Source: Peribolospora baueri
Lineage: Eukaryota
Length of the DNA: 64,000 bases
Assembly (NCBI GenBank): GCA_029717555.1
Contig: JAMDHS010000062.1
Coordinates: forward strand, 1 to 64,000
Reading direction: 5' to 3'
Numbering within the stretch: position 1 is the stretch's first letter; each line of letters starts with the position of its first letter. The position numbers were made by a program, and so were the translations under genes. This document shows, in pieces, positions 39,715 to 53,076 of this stretch. The notes below the pieces were generated by a model. The model was not told the origin of the DNA, searched no databases, and worked only from the letters and a program-made list of their open reading frames with translations.

Positions 39715-41600
39715 ATGGTCGAAGTGGTCCGTCCATCTGCTGCAGGCGCCGATACGGCATCAAAGTCGTCGATGGTGCTGGACGTGCAGAACACGAGTGG
39801 ACTGCTCGTCAGCTTGTGAGTGAAAGCGCGCGGTCGATCTGATTAGGTTCCGAGAGAGGCTACATCAAGTCGAAGACAAGGACTGTTCTGGTCGCTCTCT
39901 CGTCTCGGAGCGAACTTGGTACAAGTGCCTTGGATACTCACAGTGATGCGTTGCTTCTCCTCCTCCTCCTCTTCTTCTTTCCTCTCTCGCCGCTCGGTCC
40001 TTTCTTTCAAGACACCCGCTGCCGATCCTCAACATCTCCGAACACCTCACGCGCACCCGCCTGCAACTCGGAAAGGACGATGTCAGAGGTGAGTGATGCG
40101 CCGATGAAGCTACGGCTTGAATTTTCACAGAGCCTTACTCAAACCCATCTTTTCTTGCTCTTCTCTTCTTTGTTCGTAGTTGTGGGCGCTTTGATAGGCA
40201 CTCAGACGGGGAGAGATGTCGAGATCTTGAATACCTTCGAGCTCCGTCTCGACGAGCAAACGAGTGGAGAGGCCATGGAGGACGGGCGCGAGAACAGCTC
40301 TTCATCAGGTGTTCGCATCGACCACTCTTTCTTAGCCTCAAGACAGACACAGTGTGAGTAGAAGCCCAGGCTTGACTAGCCCACAGTAAGCTGCCGCCGC
40401 CGTTGCTCCTGGGCTCATGGCCTCTTCATGACCGGGTTACCGCGGTTTCGACGTTCCGATCCTTAGTCAAGCAGGTGTTCCCCACCTTCGACTTTCTCGG
40501 CTGGTACTCTGTCGGTCGAGCACCGTCACCAGAGGATGTGGAGATCCACAAACAGGTGGGCGAACGACGATCCGTCCCAATTGTTAGAACGATAATTTAC
40601 CGACACAGCGTTTGCCATCGTTCACTCGAAGTAGTTCCTAGAGTACAACGAATCTCCACTCTTCCTCCAGTTGTTCCCTCAACCGCCGCGCAGTTCGAAG
40701 GATCTTCCACTCAGCATCTACGAGTCGGCAGTGGAGGTAATGGACAATGTGGCGCAGACATTCTTCGTCAAGGCGCCATACAAGGTGGAGACTGGAGAGG
40801 CGGAGAGGATTGCCGTCGACCATACGGCCAAGGCGGTCGGGGAGGGTGCTGGAGAAGAGAGCAGTCGTGAGTAGGGTTCGTCTGCTCGCATGTTCGTCTT
40901 TGAGGATTCACGCACTGGCGCTGATTACGCGCTCTCTCCAATGCTCGTTCGAAAGTTGTCGCAAATCTTATGACCCAACGTAACGCTATCAAGATGCTAG
41001 CCGACCGCATTAAGCTCATCGTCGATCACCTCGCGGGCGTGCTCAAAGGTACGTTTCAGCTTGGCCGTCACAGCATCGAAAAGGCCGAATGGTCTTGGCT
41101 CGTAGGCTCACGGTCAACTTGCTGCTGCTGTTATATCAGGAACGGCGAAGTCGGACCACGAAGTCCTGCGACAGACGGCTTCGCTGATCGCAAGCTTACC
41201 TGCAAGCAACACTCCAGAATTCAAGGAGGAATATTTGACGGTGAGCAAGCGGGACGAGCTACTGATTTAATTTATAGTCTTTCTGTTCCATGAGGGGTGA
41301 CCTGACCTTTGTCCCTTCATGGCGTCGTCCTTCAGGAATACAACGACGTGCTTTTGACGACCTACCTTTCGGAGATGACCAACGGGTTGCAGTCCCTCAA
41401 CGAGGTAAGCGCGAACCTCGAGCCTCGAATCGGCAGCCATGAAGAGAAGTGCCGATCAGTCTGACCAACAAGGACGCTCATCCTTCCATTATCGCACCCA
41501 GCTCGTGGACAAGTTCGACCTCGTCCATGCACGCTCGACACGTGGAGGCCGCGTGGGAAGGACTGGAGCGGCTTTGCGGGCGGCTTACCCATGGGCTTGA
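39715..41600 (+). CDS. CSN6: COP9 signalosome subunit 6 (MPN-), multi-exon
   Basis: SGLLVSL|HPLPILNISEH, VVGALIGTQTGRDVEILNTFEL, KQVFPTFDFLGWYS, ETGEAERIAVD, TQRNAIKMLADRI, EYNDVLLTTYL, LVDKF. Confidence 0.92.
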
Positions 41601-42566
41601 GAGCATGGCTGTCAGGAATGCGTGACGACGTGTTCTCATTTACTGTATCCTTCGGGTGACGGGCGAAACGTGTATACGTAGTTGTTGTTGCAGGAGGACG
41701 TGCCGTCACCATGTGTTGCTCTTGTTCTTGGCCGTCGCCCTCGCCCGTCGTGCTAGCCCTCGCCCTCATCTTACCCTTGCCATCCCCTTTCGGGCAAGGT
41801 TTCGGTTCGGTGACCGTCGTTCACGCTTTCAAGCTTCCCTGTCCGGCTCTCGCTCAATCCACACATGCCTTGTTGCTCGAAGCCTTCTCCTCGGCTGGCC
41901 AACCGGCTCAGGTAATTATCCGGTCGAAACCGGCGCCGGGCAGGGGGCCGCTGCCGACGGCCTCGTCAGGTCACTCTCTAATCAGTTCGCGTCGAACGAC
42001 CACGTCCGAAAGAACAGTGGACGCGCGCTTTCGGAAAGAAGAGGTATGGATACGAGGATTTCGAAACCGCCGTGCTTGGAGGCGACACGAGGAACGGGAG
42101 ACGCGACGCATGCATTCGATTCCGGGTAACGCCAATTTCGTGAGGGATGCGATGAGCCCCGGGCCCTGTAGACGTTGTGAAGACGTATACATGAGCGATC
42201 GAGGGCATTGCAAAAGCGAAAATGACGACCCTTACGGTCGCCCCAAGGCCTGTATAAATTAGAGCGAGAGCTCTGTGGAGGTGGGTGCACGGGCCGTACA
42301 GTCATGACAACCCTAACTGTTGGTTCTATACAATAAGGGCCTGCGCACGTGACTGTGGGAATTTTAGATCACCGCAGCCTCTCGGTCGCGCGATTGCTCA
42401 GGCGGAGTCAGGCCGGCTTCGAGACCGTCGTCTGAGCTCGTCGTCCGTCCCACGCAAGTGACAGCGCCACTCACTCTCACTTCAAGACCAACTCAAAAGC
42501 AACAACTAAAAAGAAACTGCGACCGGTCTCGCTTCCAGAACCAGATCAAAAAGCCATCTGCCCAAA

Positions 42567-43288
42567 ATGGTCAGTACGAGTTCTGCGGCGGCGGCCGTGC
42601 GTGGTGGAGGGGCGTCGTAGGTGGAGAAGGGTGACGACCATGGATGGAAGGAGAGATGGAGGATGGATGGCTGAGAGGGCTGTGGTGGCCGTGGCTGTGA
42701 TGGTGGTGGTTGTGGTGGCGGTGGCGGTGGTGATGGCAACTCGCTCACCCTTTTCTCGTGCTGCACATTTTCTTGTCAACCTCCCTTTTCGCCAACCCGT
42801 ATGTTGTGATCCTACACAGACTCTCGCCGTCGACCTCCTTAACCCCTCCGCCGAGCAGGAGCGCCGCAAGCACAAGCTCAAGCGGTTGGTACAGAACCCC
42901 AACTCCTTCTTCATGGACGTCAAGTGCCCTGGTGCGTGACTGTTGTCGTCTGTCTTCGTCTTCTCTCTCATTGCGGCCTCCTAGAATTTTTTCTTGGCTG
43001 ACTCCTTTCAACCTGTCCGTCAAACCGCGATTGCCTTCGTTTCGCCCATTCTTTCTTGTACAGGCTGCTTCGCCATCACCACCGTCTTCTCTCATGCGCA
43101 GACCGTCGTTCTCTGCGGCTCTTGCTCCACTGTCCTCAGCCAGCCGACTGGTGGCAAGGCTCGTTTGACTGAGGGTGAGCGTCGCCGCTCGGCTCTTTTC
43201 CTTTTTATGCGGGTCCTTGCCATCGCTTCCGTCTCATTGCTGACGTATGACTGTTTGTACAGGCTGCTCTTTCCGCCGGAAGAACTGA
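42567..43288 (+). CDS. RPS27: 40S ribosomal protein S27 (eS27), 4 exons (first exon is ATG only)
   Basis: [79 protein letters not shown] stop. Confidence 0.98.
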
Positions 43289-44329
43289 GAGGCGCGGCCG
43301 CATACGGACGTCGAACGTATGGGGTTTTCGTGTGGGCTACGAGAGGTTCGAGCCACATGAAGACCTCCCCGTCACCTACTGTACAGTACTCGAGTGTGGT
43401 ATTTTGGAGCGCAGCTCGAAGCTATGACGGCATCAGATCCAGCTCTTCATCATCATAAAGGTCTTGTTCCCGCGGGCCTTGTCCTCACTTCCCAGTTGGC
43501 CTGAGAGGCGCCAGGACGTGACATTCGCCCGGGTCTGCTCAGCCGCACACGAACGAATGGAGCTGTCTATTACGTCTCACGATTTCCATAATGAAAGTGT
43601 GAGTTTCTATCTTACAGAAAGTTTGTGATGGCCGCTCGTCACAGTCGGCCTTGGGCGATCCGCACGATCCACCATCGTCATCAATGGCCCTTCAGGCGGT
43701 GAAGATGGGAACCATGCGGAAAATCCGATGGCGACTTGAGGAGGCCGATTGCGAGCATTGGGCATGTCACTAAACAACTGAGACGCCCGCCTACGGGCGC
43801 CGGTGCGGCGGTTGTCGCATCATCACAGCGGAGGAGAGGACTGGGCGGTGGCGGTTGCGTGAAGACGAGGTGGGACGGCGCTTAGGGAGGAGGCGTGTAT
43901 AGTACGGTGGCCAGCGGCGACGGACGGCGATGGCCAGCCGGGGTGACATGGGGCGAAGACGGAGAGGGGAAGGAAAAGGAAGCTTGTCAGGACGAGAAGA
44001 GTTAAAGAGTAAGTGGAGAGAGGGAGCGAGTTCTGAAGACGAGGGAGTGAGCAAGCGTTCAGTCAGGCTGAGAACGAGGCGGAAGGGGGATGAGCGCGCT
44101 GTCGGGCCGCGAGAGCGTAGGCGTAAAAGTTAGCGTCCATGGCGATGACGACAATGGGACAGAGATGGCCGGGTTTCCATCGGGTTATACGAAAGTGTGA
44201 TTCGCCCGGAAGGAGTTGAACGAGCGAGTAGGAGAGGAACTAGCGGAGAGTACACGTTCGGGCGAGCTGGCCCTCCCTCCTCTCTTCTGACCCGTCGTCT
44301 CGCACGCTCCACCTTCCTTTCGGCATCAA

Positions 44330-47300
44330 TCAGCGGTCGAGAGACGCGCGATTACGGTCTCGCGAGCGACGGCTGGCGCGGTAGAGACCCTGGATGACTT
44401 GCTTGACCTTGTCTGGGCTAGCGTCGGACATTGCCCTGGACGGTCGATGGCACGGACGATGGAAAAAAAAGTAGCGAACGAGCAGGTGTCAGCATTGGAC
44501 TGGAGACCGGTAAGAGAGAGGAGGGAGCGCCGCCAACGCCTGCGTCAACGAGGGTAAAAGGAAAAGGGGCGTGTGTACGCACGCGCCAAAGCTCTCGATC
44601 GCCTTTGCCTTTTCGCTCGGCGGCAAGTTGGACGCGGGCATTTGCTCGACCACGGGGACAAACCACACCGTGAGTTCGTCGCGGAAGTTTTTGGCGAGGA
44701 GTCTGAAGACGGTGCCGACGACGGGCATGCAGTCCTCCACGAACGTAGTGACGAGACCCTGCAGGACGAGTCCGACGAGCTGAAAGCCTTGGTCGGCGAG
44801 CGTTTGCCGGATCGCTTGGGCGTATGCGGGGTACTTGTTGACGAGCTGCGTATCTCTTGGATTGGGCGAAGGTGGAGGGGCGGTGATGCCATCGGCGCCC
44901 AAGAAGAGGGCGTCGTGGCCGACGAGAGCGCGAACAAAGTCGAGGGCGGCGAGAATGACGTCAGGAGAGAGGAGGGTGAAGGCGGCGAGGGATGTTCGGA
45001 AGGCGTGAGGGAGGATGGATGTGAGCAAGAGAACGTCCGGTATCACTTCGAGGACGACAGAGCAGGCGTGAACGTAGTCCTCGATCACTGGAGAAGACAG
45101 AATGGGGATGAGCACGAATCGGTCAGAGTCGGTAATAAGGAAGATCCAAATCATCAGACCACCACATCATACCCCACGCCTCCATACTTCCTCCCCGTGG
45201 GCTGGAAACCAGTACGCACCATCCGAAATCTCCGTCGGCGCACAGCTCTCCAAAACGACCGCCACTCTCGCGCTCTGCCTCTCAAACGCAGCCTTGCAAG
45301 CCTCCTCAAGCTCACTCCCCACCTCGGCATCTCTTCCAAACCTTGCGATGCACTTGCCCGTGATCCACAAGTATCCTGGAAAGCCTGATGATTCGAAGCA
45401 GGATGTGAGGCGGCCCAGTAGACGCGGGACGACGGGCGAGGCGGCAGAATCGAAGAATTTGAGTCCTCTTCGGAGGAGTCCGCAGACGCGCTCCGAGACA
45501 AAGTAGACGTTGCCGTGCGTAGCCAGGATTCTGTCCAGCACGTCGTACATTTCTGCGCATGTCTTCATGCATTCCGATGGTAGTTCTCGAAGTCGGTCGA
45601 TGACGGCAACAAACGCTTCGAGCTGCTCCAGAGCGTCTGTGAGAATGGGGCCGGCACGGAGGTGGTGGGGCGACTCAGTTATCAAGAGTCTAGGGACGAT
45701 CCTCGCCTCCCAGTGTACCAACCAGGACGAGACTAGCGGGACACGGAAACGAAAAAAGAGAGCTCACCGGCTGCCTTCCTGAGCTCCTCCTTTGTCGCTT
45801 CGGCCCTCCCGGCGACCTCATTTGCGGTCTGCAAGAGCGGCACGACGAACAGCTGCATCGTCCGCGGCGCCTCTTCGGGAGGCATGTCGCGGATGATGTA
45901 CGCGATGGCCTCGAACAAGCTGATCTGGTCGTCGCGGGAGAGCCGGGTGCCGATCGTCTGGACGAAGGTGTGCAGTTGGGGAAGGTAGGGGACGAGGTGC
46001 TGTTCAGTGGCAAAGCAAAGGGGGAGGCGGATGCGTGGAGACGTGGGTCAGCATCCTTCACACCAGCGAGTCTCCCCGCGCGAGCCTTCAACAAACTAGG
46101 TGCATCGACACGCTCGGACACCTACCCGATTGCAGTCCTGACACATAAACTTCATAGCGTGGGCCGCCGCTGTGGCGACGTCCTCGCTGGCGTGCTCGAA
46201 CCCGGTGCTGACATAGGCTAGCATGGCGGGGATGCACTGCGGGTGTAAATTGATCCATTCGGTGTACCTGGAGATGACGAGGATGGCGGCGTAGCGTATG
46301 CGAGGGTGGTCGGGGAGGGAAGGGATCACCTCGATGATCCGAGGCAGCACTTCGTCGTCGTGCGGGTCCGCCTCGGCGCCCATGGAGCGCATCGAGAAGA
46401 GCGGCGCCTCGACGTCCTGCCACTTGGCCGCCGACGCCGGCCCCGAGCCGAGGGCGGTGACGATCATGTCGAGCGAGCGAGAGAGACACTTCTTTGCCCC
46501 AAGCACGTAGCAGCAGTCCTTGAGCGTGTCGCCCATGTAGTGTCGGAAGTTGCGGAAGTCGTCGCGCTCTTGCGCCGTCTGGGTCTCTGGGTTGTCTGGG
46601 AAGTGGAGGTGGCCGATGATGATTTCCACGAGGCGCTCGTAGAGCTGCAGGAAACGGATGTTGGACGGGTCGTCGCGCGACTTGCCGAGCCCGCCGGCGA
46701 GGCGGTACCAGAAATTGAACGTGATGCTGACAATGTCCAGGTCGTGGCAAGAAGCGCATTCTGCGATGGCTTCCACAAGAGGCCAGAACGTGTCGGGATG
46801 CCGAAGGACGAGAGGATGGTAGGTCTCGCCTGCCTCGGTGAAGACGCGACAGAACCCCCTCAAGCGGTCCTCGTCCTCCGCCGACTTGGTGACCTCCGAA
46901 CGCAACCGCACGAGACGGGGCACGATCTGCTCGATGACGGGCATATTCTCCTCGATCTCCTGCGTCTCATGGATCAGATCACAGAGGACGTCGACGGCGG
47001 CGTCGAAGAGGGCATCGGAGGCGAGAGCGTCAAAGGTGCACTGGAAAAGCGGCGTCTCGGCAAGCTGCCCGGCGGCGATCTCGCCCGCCTTGAGCCATGC
47101 TCGCAGGCATTGGAAGATTTGGTTCTCGATGGGCGGAGTGACGCCTGTTAAGGGCGAAGGGGTGATGGATGGTCGGGATGTAAGGAGACGTGATGGATGG
47201 TCGGGAGATGAGACATGAGTGAACGAGCATGGTTATCTCAGGTCCATTTTCAACCTCACCTTGGGCCTGGATGTACATGGAGAGCGTCTTGAGCAACAGT

Positions 47301-48210
47301 TCTGCATTGTCCGTCAGCAGCTCGTGGCCTCTAGAGACGGCGTCGATGTCCTGCGAGAGGAAGGAGACGAAGCCGAACTGGATGAGCGACGGAAGCGAGG
47401 ACAGGAACGCCAGCCGGTTCGTTCCGTTCCGTTCGAGATGCTACTACCCACTGTGATGGGTATGCGACTGTTGTACGTCATCTCCTCCGGCAAGACGGTG
47501 AGGAACTCCAAGAGAGCGGGTACAGTCTCAGGTGTCTTGCCCAACGAGTCTATCATTTGGGGGACGACGTCATGCCAGTCCCTCATCTGGATGGCGAGAT
47601 CGGCGAGGGCGAGGCAGAGGTGCGTGAGCACCACTCGGGGTCCCGTGGTCGCAAAGGTAGAGAGCGCAGCGAGGAGGGTGTCGCGAAGAGAGACAATGGA
47701 GGGCTGGACCAGCTGGTCGAGGTCGAAGGTGATCTGCGGATAAGATAGAGGAGAGCGCAAAAGCGAATCAGGCCGGACGTGGGTGAGCGTGAGGTCTGCC
47801 GGCCGTCTTCGCCTATTCGACCGCGTCACTGACCTTGCTGCGAAACGTTTGAGCGGCGAAGAGTCTAGGCTCGATCGGCAGGTCAGCCGAGAGCAGGAGA
47901 GCGTTCGACGTCGCCCATGCTTCGGGCTGAAAAAGAGCAAGGGGGGATGAGAAGGAAAAAATGTGGGTCAGCCATGTTGGCCTGCGCCTATGAGCGTGGT
48001 CGGCGAAGCGGCCGAGCTGAAGGCATGACTGGCTCATGCTCGCCTCGCCGGCCGGACGGTCATGCCGTCGGTGCGAGTGCAGACGCGCACCGTCTTCTGA
48101 AACTCTTGAAGCCATGTGTTCGCCTTGTCCTTGGCCGAGGTGTCCGGGTCTCGATACAGAGCGTCCAAGGCCTGAAGGACGGTCTGGATCGCCGGATCGG
48201 CGGCAGACAT
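44330..48210 (-). CDS. MTR10: Importin-beta family nuclear import receptor (Mtr10/transportin-SR), multi-exon
   Basis: VLQALDALY..KDKANTWLQEFQK, LFAAQTFRSK|ITFDL, LCLALADLAIQM, LLEFLTVLPEE, ITFNFWY, DDFRNFRHYMGDTLKDCC, WQDVEAPLFSMRSMG. Confidence 0.92.
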
Positions 48211-49455
48211 ATTTCGTTTGGCCCTGCTTGCTTGTGGGCAAGGAAGATTGGGACTGGTAGGAACGACGCGAGGTATGCACTCGCCGACTGCTCGTTCCCC
48301 GCAAGCTGCAACGGAGTTGGTGCGTCCGGCTAGGAAGTAGGGCGGGGATTCGTGGGGGTGGTGAAGAGGAGAGATGGAAGAAGAGCGGGATGATGCTCTT
48401 TGGGACTTCGAGAGACGTTGGTGCGACCGTGGTCGCCGGCCAGTTGCAACGAGCGCAAGCTCAGCGGACGGAGTGGGTGCGTCAAGTAGGGTTGCCGCAG
48501 CCGATCACCGAAAGCGAGCCAGTCTTTACCCGTCTAACGCGCTGGTTCGAGTCTCGGGGTTTCTTATTTTTTCCCTTCTTACTCGGGCGATGAGCCCGCC
48601 AGGAGGGAGGGTCTCGACGGTGAAACGCGGAGATCCCCGGGCTCCACATTGCGGCGGCGCGCACGTGGGCAAGGTGAGGACGCCAGGCACGCGTAGGGAA
48701 GGGTGGGATCAGGCCCCGCTTTTTGCCCGAGAGTCGAACGTCATGGACACGTAGAACGTTATCGAAACAAGGTGGAGGCGACCGGCGGCCAGAGCATCGA
48801 GCGGCCGATGGAGGGGCGCACGACGATGCGGGCGAGTGGAGTCCGCCGCGCAAGGGAGCCACGGCGACGGGTGGCAGGAAGCGCGTCCGGGAGGTCCAGG
48901 CTGGACAGACGGCCGTCCAAGTGCGGGCTGTCGGTGGAGCGAGGAAAGGGTGTGATGTCGTGGGTGCCAGTTGTCTTTCCGGAGACGGCGTTGTCTGTCT
49001 GTCTGTCTGTTTTTTTTTTTTTCGTCCGTCCGACCCTGCGTCGCGCTGCCGACGTTCGGAGTGTCCGGCCAGAGAGCATGGCGAGAATAGGGGATCGCGA
49101 GCGTGTGCAACGAGCGATGGAGTGCGTGCGTGTCCGCCTGTCTTTGTGTTCTACCTGTTTGCCTATCTATCTAGCTGTGTGCCTGCCTGTCTGTGCGTGT
49201 GTGTGTGTGTCGTCACCGCTCGCACTGCCGTCTCCGACCGGCCTCGCAAGACGCTCGCTCTCTTCACAGCCTCGAACCGGGCGGGCGGCTAACTCTAACA
49301 GGAGGGAAGGGTGGTGCTGGGAGGCACGTGACCCTGCGAACCCGGGCGAGCGCCGGTGGTTAGGCTTGGTTTGGCTGGGCCTTTGGTTGGGCTGGCCTGG
49401 CCTGAGTGCGTTCGCCGTCACTCCATCCATCCATCCAACTCTTCTCGCTCGACCC

Positions 49456-49493
49456 GGCTCGACTCGACTCGACTCGACTCGACTCGACTCGAC
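49456..49493. repeat. (GACTC)n pentanucleotide microsatellite upstream of RAS2
   Basis: ctcgactcgactcgactcgactcgactcgactcgac is directly visible. Confidence 0.9.
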
Positions 49494-49770
49494 CCGACCA
49501 ACCACCTTCCACCTCCATCCGCATCCATCATACCTTAGCAACGACCCCCTCTCCGTACTCGCAAAGAGCACGCCCTCCTCCCCCTCCTCCCTTCCCCCCT
49601 TTTCACCCCCGCCCACCCGTCGCGCGTCCTCTCGCTCGCCAAAGGAAGGAAGGAAGGAAGGAAGGAAGAAAGACAAGCAAACCGATAGCGAGCAGAACGC
49701 ACCCCCTCTTCTTCCGTCTCTTCGTCCGCCCGCCTTTGACACGGTGGTCGTCGCCCCCAAGTCGCCCAAC

Positions 49771-51263
49771 ATGGCTGGGAAGATGATGATCTACAAGCTC
49801 GTCGTGCTGGGAGATGGTGGTGTCGGAAAGACAGCCTTGACCATTCAGGTGAGTCGAAGCGAGGCGAGGCGAGGCGAAGCAGAGTCAGATCGATGCAAGC
49901 CAGGCCAGGCGACCATGGCCGGAGTTTCCTGTCCTCTCCGCCTCTCCCTCTCTCCTTCTCGTCGCCCTCCTGCGCTCTCTCTCTCTATCTTCGTCTTCCG
50001 TCCCCTTCGTCTTCCCTCTCTTTCCCCTTTCTCCCCCGGCTGTCCTCTTCAAGCCGGCCATACTCCTTGCGCTTCCCCCTTTTCGCCGTTGCTGACTGAC
50101 ACGACTGGCCGTACGCGGTCTTTTCGCCTGCCCATCCCTCGTGTGTCAAACAATCTACGCGGACATCGACACCACCCTCCGTCTCGTATCGTTGGACGCG
50201 CAAACGCTCACCGTCGTCGTCGTCGTCGTCGCCGCTGCCGCTGCCGCTGTAGCTCTGCTTGAACCACTTCGTCGGTGAGCCGCCCGCGCCGTCCCCTCTT
50301 TCCATTTTTGGTAATCCCCGGCATTGACCGACGCGTTCCTTGTTTGCCGCATTCCTACAGAGACGTACGATCCGACGATTGAGGACTCTTACCGAAAGCA
50401 GACCGTCATCGACGAGCAGCCTTGCATGCTCGAGGTCTTGGATACAGCCGGTCAGGGTGAGTCACCCGTCGTCCAACGGGTCGTGCTCAGTTGCATGTGG
50501 TAGAGCCTCGGCGTACGAGGCCTCCACAGGCGTCGCAACCCGCTCATCCCGCTCGGTCCTACCATCCCTCCGCCCTCGCGGCCGCAGAGGAATACACGGC
50601 ACTGCGAGACCAGTGGATCCGGGAAGGGGAAGGGTTCTTACTCGTGTATTCCATCGCCGCTCGGGCGACGTTTGAGAGGGTTGAACGGTTCCGTTCGCAA
50701 ATCTCGTGAGTATCGTGTCCTCCCTTCCTCTCTTTGTCCCGTCCGTCGTTCTCCCCGTCTCCCGGGTCGTTGTCCAAGTCAGGTGATTTGCTGATCCACT
50801 TGGTTGTGTGTCTGCTCCCCTTCCAACCGAACCGTTGCACCCGGATAGGAGAGTGAAGGACGCGGAACCGGAAAAAGTGCCAATCATGCTTGGTGAGCAT
50901 ATCATATCGCCTTGAGCTGTTCCCGCTCGTCCGCACGATCGGAGAGCGAGTTGGGGCCGAAATGGTTGCTTCGAGGCGCGCACATGGACGATGGTCGCTC
51001 ATCTTGCTCCGTCCCCGTCCCCCGTGCGCGCGTCAGTCGGCAACAAGTGCGACAAGGTGAACGAGCGCGAAGTGTCTCGAGACGAAGGTGCCCGGCTCGC
51101 GGCGCGTCTCGGGTGCGACTTTGTGGAGAGCAGTGCCAAGACTTTCTACAACGTCGAGAAGGCATACTACGATGTCGTGCGCAAGATCCGTGCTGCTCGG
51201 GACGGGGAGATGGGGGCGGTGCGGAGGCGTGAGAGGAAGAGCAGGAGGTGTACCATCCTCTGA
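49771..51263 (+). CDS. RAS2: Ras GTPase, fungal Ras2 type, multi-exon
   Basis: [64 protein letters not shown]..|GNKCD..ESSAK; CAAX box CTIL. Confidence 0.96.
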
Positions 51264-53076
51264 TCTCTTTTCTTTCTTGCCTTGTCGAGGAGGAAGAGGA
51301 CCGATACTCGCCTCACCCGGCCCGCCCCCCGCTCTGCTGTTGTTGCGCTTGTCCCATTTTGTTCTTCCCGTTCCGATTGTCATGACAAGATACCCGGTCG
51401 TGGTCCCCGTTTCCTTTTTCTTCTTTCGCCCCATCTCGTCACCCACCTTCTTCCCACCCCATTCATCTTTTCCATTCCCCTCCCTTTCCTCCTTGGCTTT
51501 TCATCGAACCTCGTTCTGTTTCTGCTTGCCGCTGCAACCTCCTTCCTCTGTGCTGCGACGCTCCACCCCCTCATCGACGACTGCCTTCACACGTTCTCTC
51601 TTTGGCCCACCCCTCCACCTCTCGTCTCGTCCTCCCTCTCTTTCTCCCTCTCCCCGTACCCCAACGCCCACCTGCTTTATCTCGTCAGCGCTCAATCCCT
51701 CTTCCCTCTTCATTCACGGCAACGACCAACCGACCAAACGAACGAACGAATGAACGAGCTCGGACGGAGACGGAGACTTCTTCCATCGTCGCGTCGCGTG
51801 TGAGACGAGGGACGAGGGATGGGGAGGAGAGGAGAACGTGGAGCGGAGAGATAATACAGACACACAGATAGAACAGACACACACACAGACGCCTGACGCC
51901 CGACGTTGGACTTTGGACGTTGGACGTTGAGCGCTGGACGCTGGAGGCTCGGGCGAACTAGAAAGAGGCACGTAGTACGAGGCCGTGCGTGCGTGCGTGC
52001 AGGACTGATAAGCCGAGCCGATGAGCGGAATCCGCACCGACCGACGACGACCGATCCGTGGCCCCGGGATGGACGATTGACGATGGCAGAAGAGGCGATG
52101 CGGCCTTTTTACCGTAATTTAATGATACAGTATGGTCTGCTCTGCTATGGTATGCTGTCGTATGTTATCGTATCGCGTACCTCACTGAACTTATCATCCT
52201 CCGCGGCGCCCAGCTCGACTCGACTCGACTCAGTCCGTCCGTTCATTTTGTTTCATTGCGACCATTGCGGGCCCCTTCCTTCCTTCCATTTTCGCCCATT
52301 CCCGTTCCCGTTCCCGTTTCCCGGCCCGTCCTGTCCTTCATCCATCGGCATCTGACGACGTACAAACGTCCTCTTGGCAGCTCGTCAACCCGTTCGTCCA
52401 ACGCGCCCGCCGTTCCGGATGGGAGGAGCTGGGGACGGATGGGAGGAGGGACGGAGGAGAGACGGGTGATGAGGGTGGGGGTCTGGGCGTGCCCATCGAC
52501 TGATTTTCTATCGGAAGCGGGCGAGCGAAAAAGAAGAATAAAAAAGAAGAAGAAGGGCAGAGTGTCAGGGACGGACTGTCTATCCAGGGCAGTCTACGGA
52601 CGTCGAGGCGAGAGCGTCTAATGTGTCTGTAGTGTACAAGGGAAAGAAGGGAGGAACGACACGGACGGACGGATGGATGGATAGAATTGGGAGGAAAAGT
52701 TGCGGTGTGGTCGTGGCGTGGGCGTAAGGATGCGTGTGCAACACGGTGGGGGCAGGGGAGATGCTACTGGACGGAAGGGCCTCCGAAGCTGGGCAGGGGC
52801 GGAATGGGAAAGAGAGACGGACGGTAGGTGTGATGTGCACGCGAGCGAGAGGGAGAAAAAAAAGCCGTCATCCCTCGCGGAAAGGCAACGTGCATGAAGA
52901 AATCGGATGCAAGATGGAGAGACGAACGGTAAAAGAAGGGATCGAGAAGCGAAATAAATGGAGGACGAAAGAAACCCTGACGAGTTTGAATTCCAAGTCC
53001 TTGATATCCGCGTCAACGACGACGCCGCCGACAAGGTCGAGAACGCTGAAGACAAATCAAGCTGGGAAGCCGGAGA

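Noticed and set aside
41502..41660. Possible frameshift in the CSN6 last exon (alternative frame GKDWSGFAGGLPMGLR)
   Set aside because: The C-terminal tail is poorly conserved and the direct frame ends normally at 41600; this cannot be decided without reads.
48703..49770. Long N-terminal extension of the 519-aa ORF running into RAS2
   Set aside because: Reads through microsatellites and UTR-like sequence; the Ras2-type N-terminus begins at ATG 49771.
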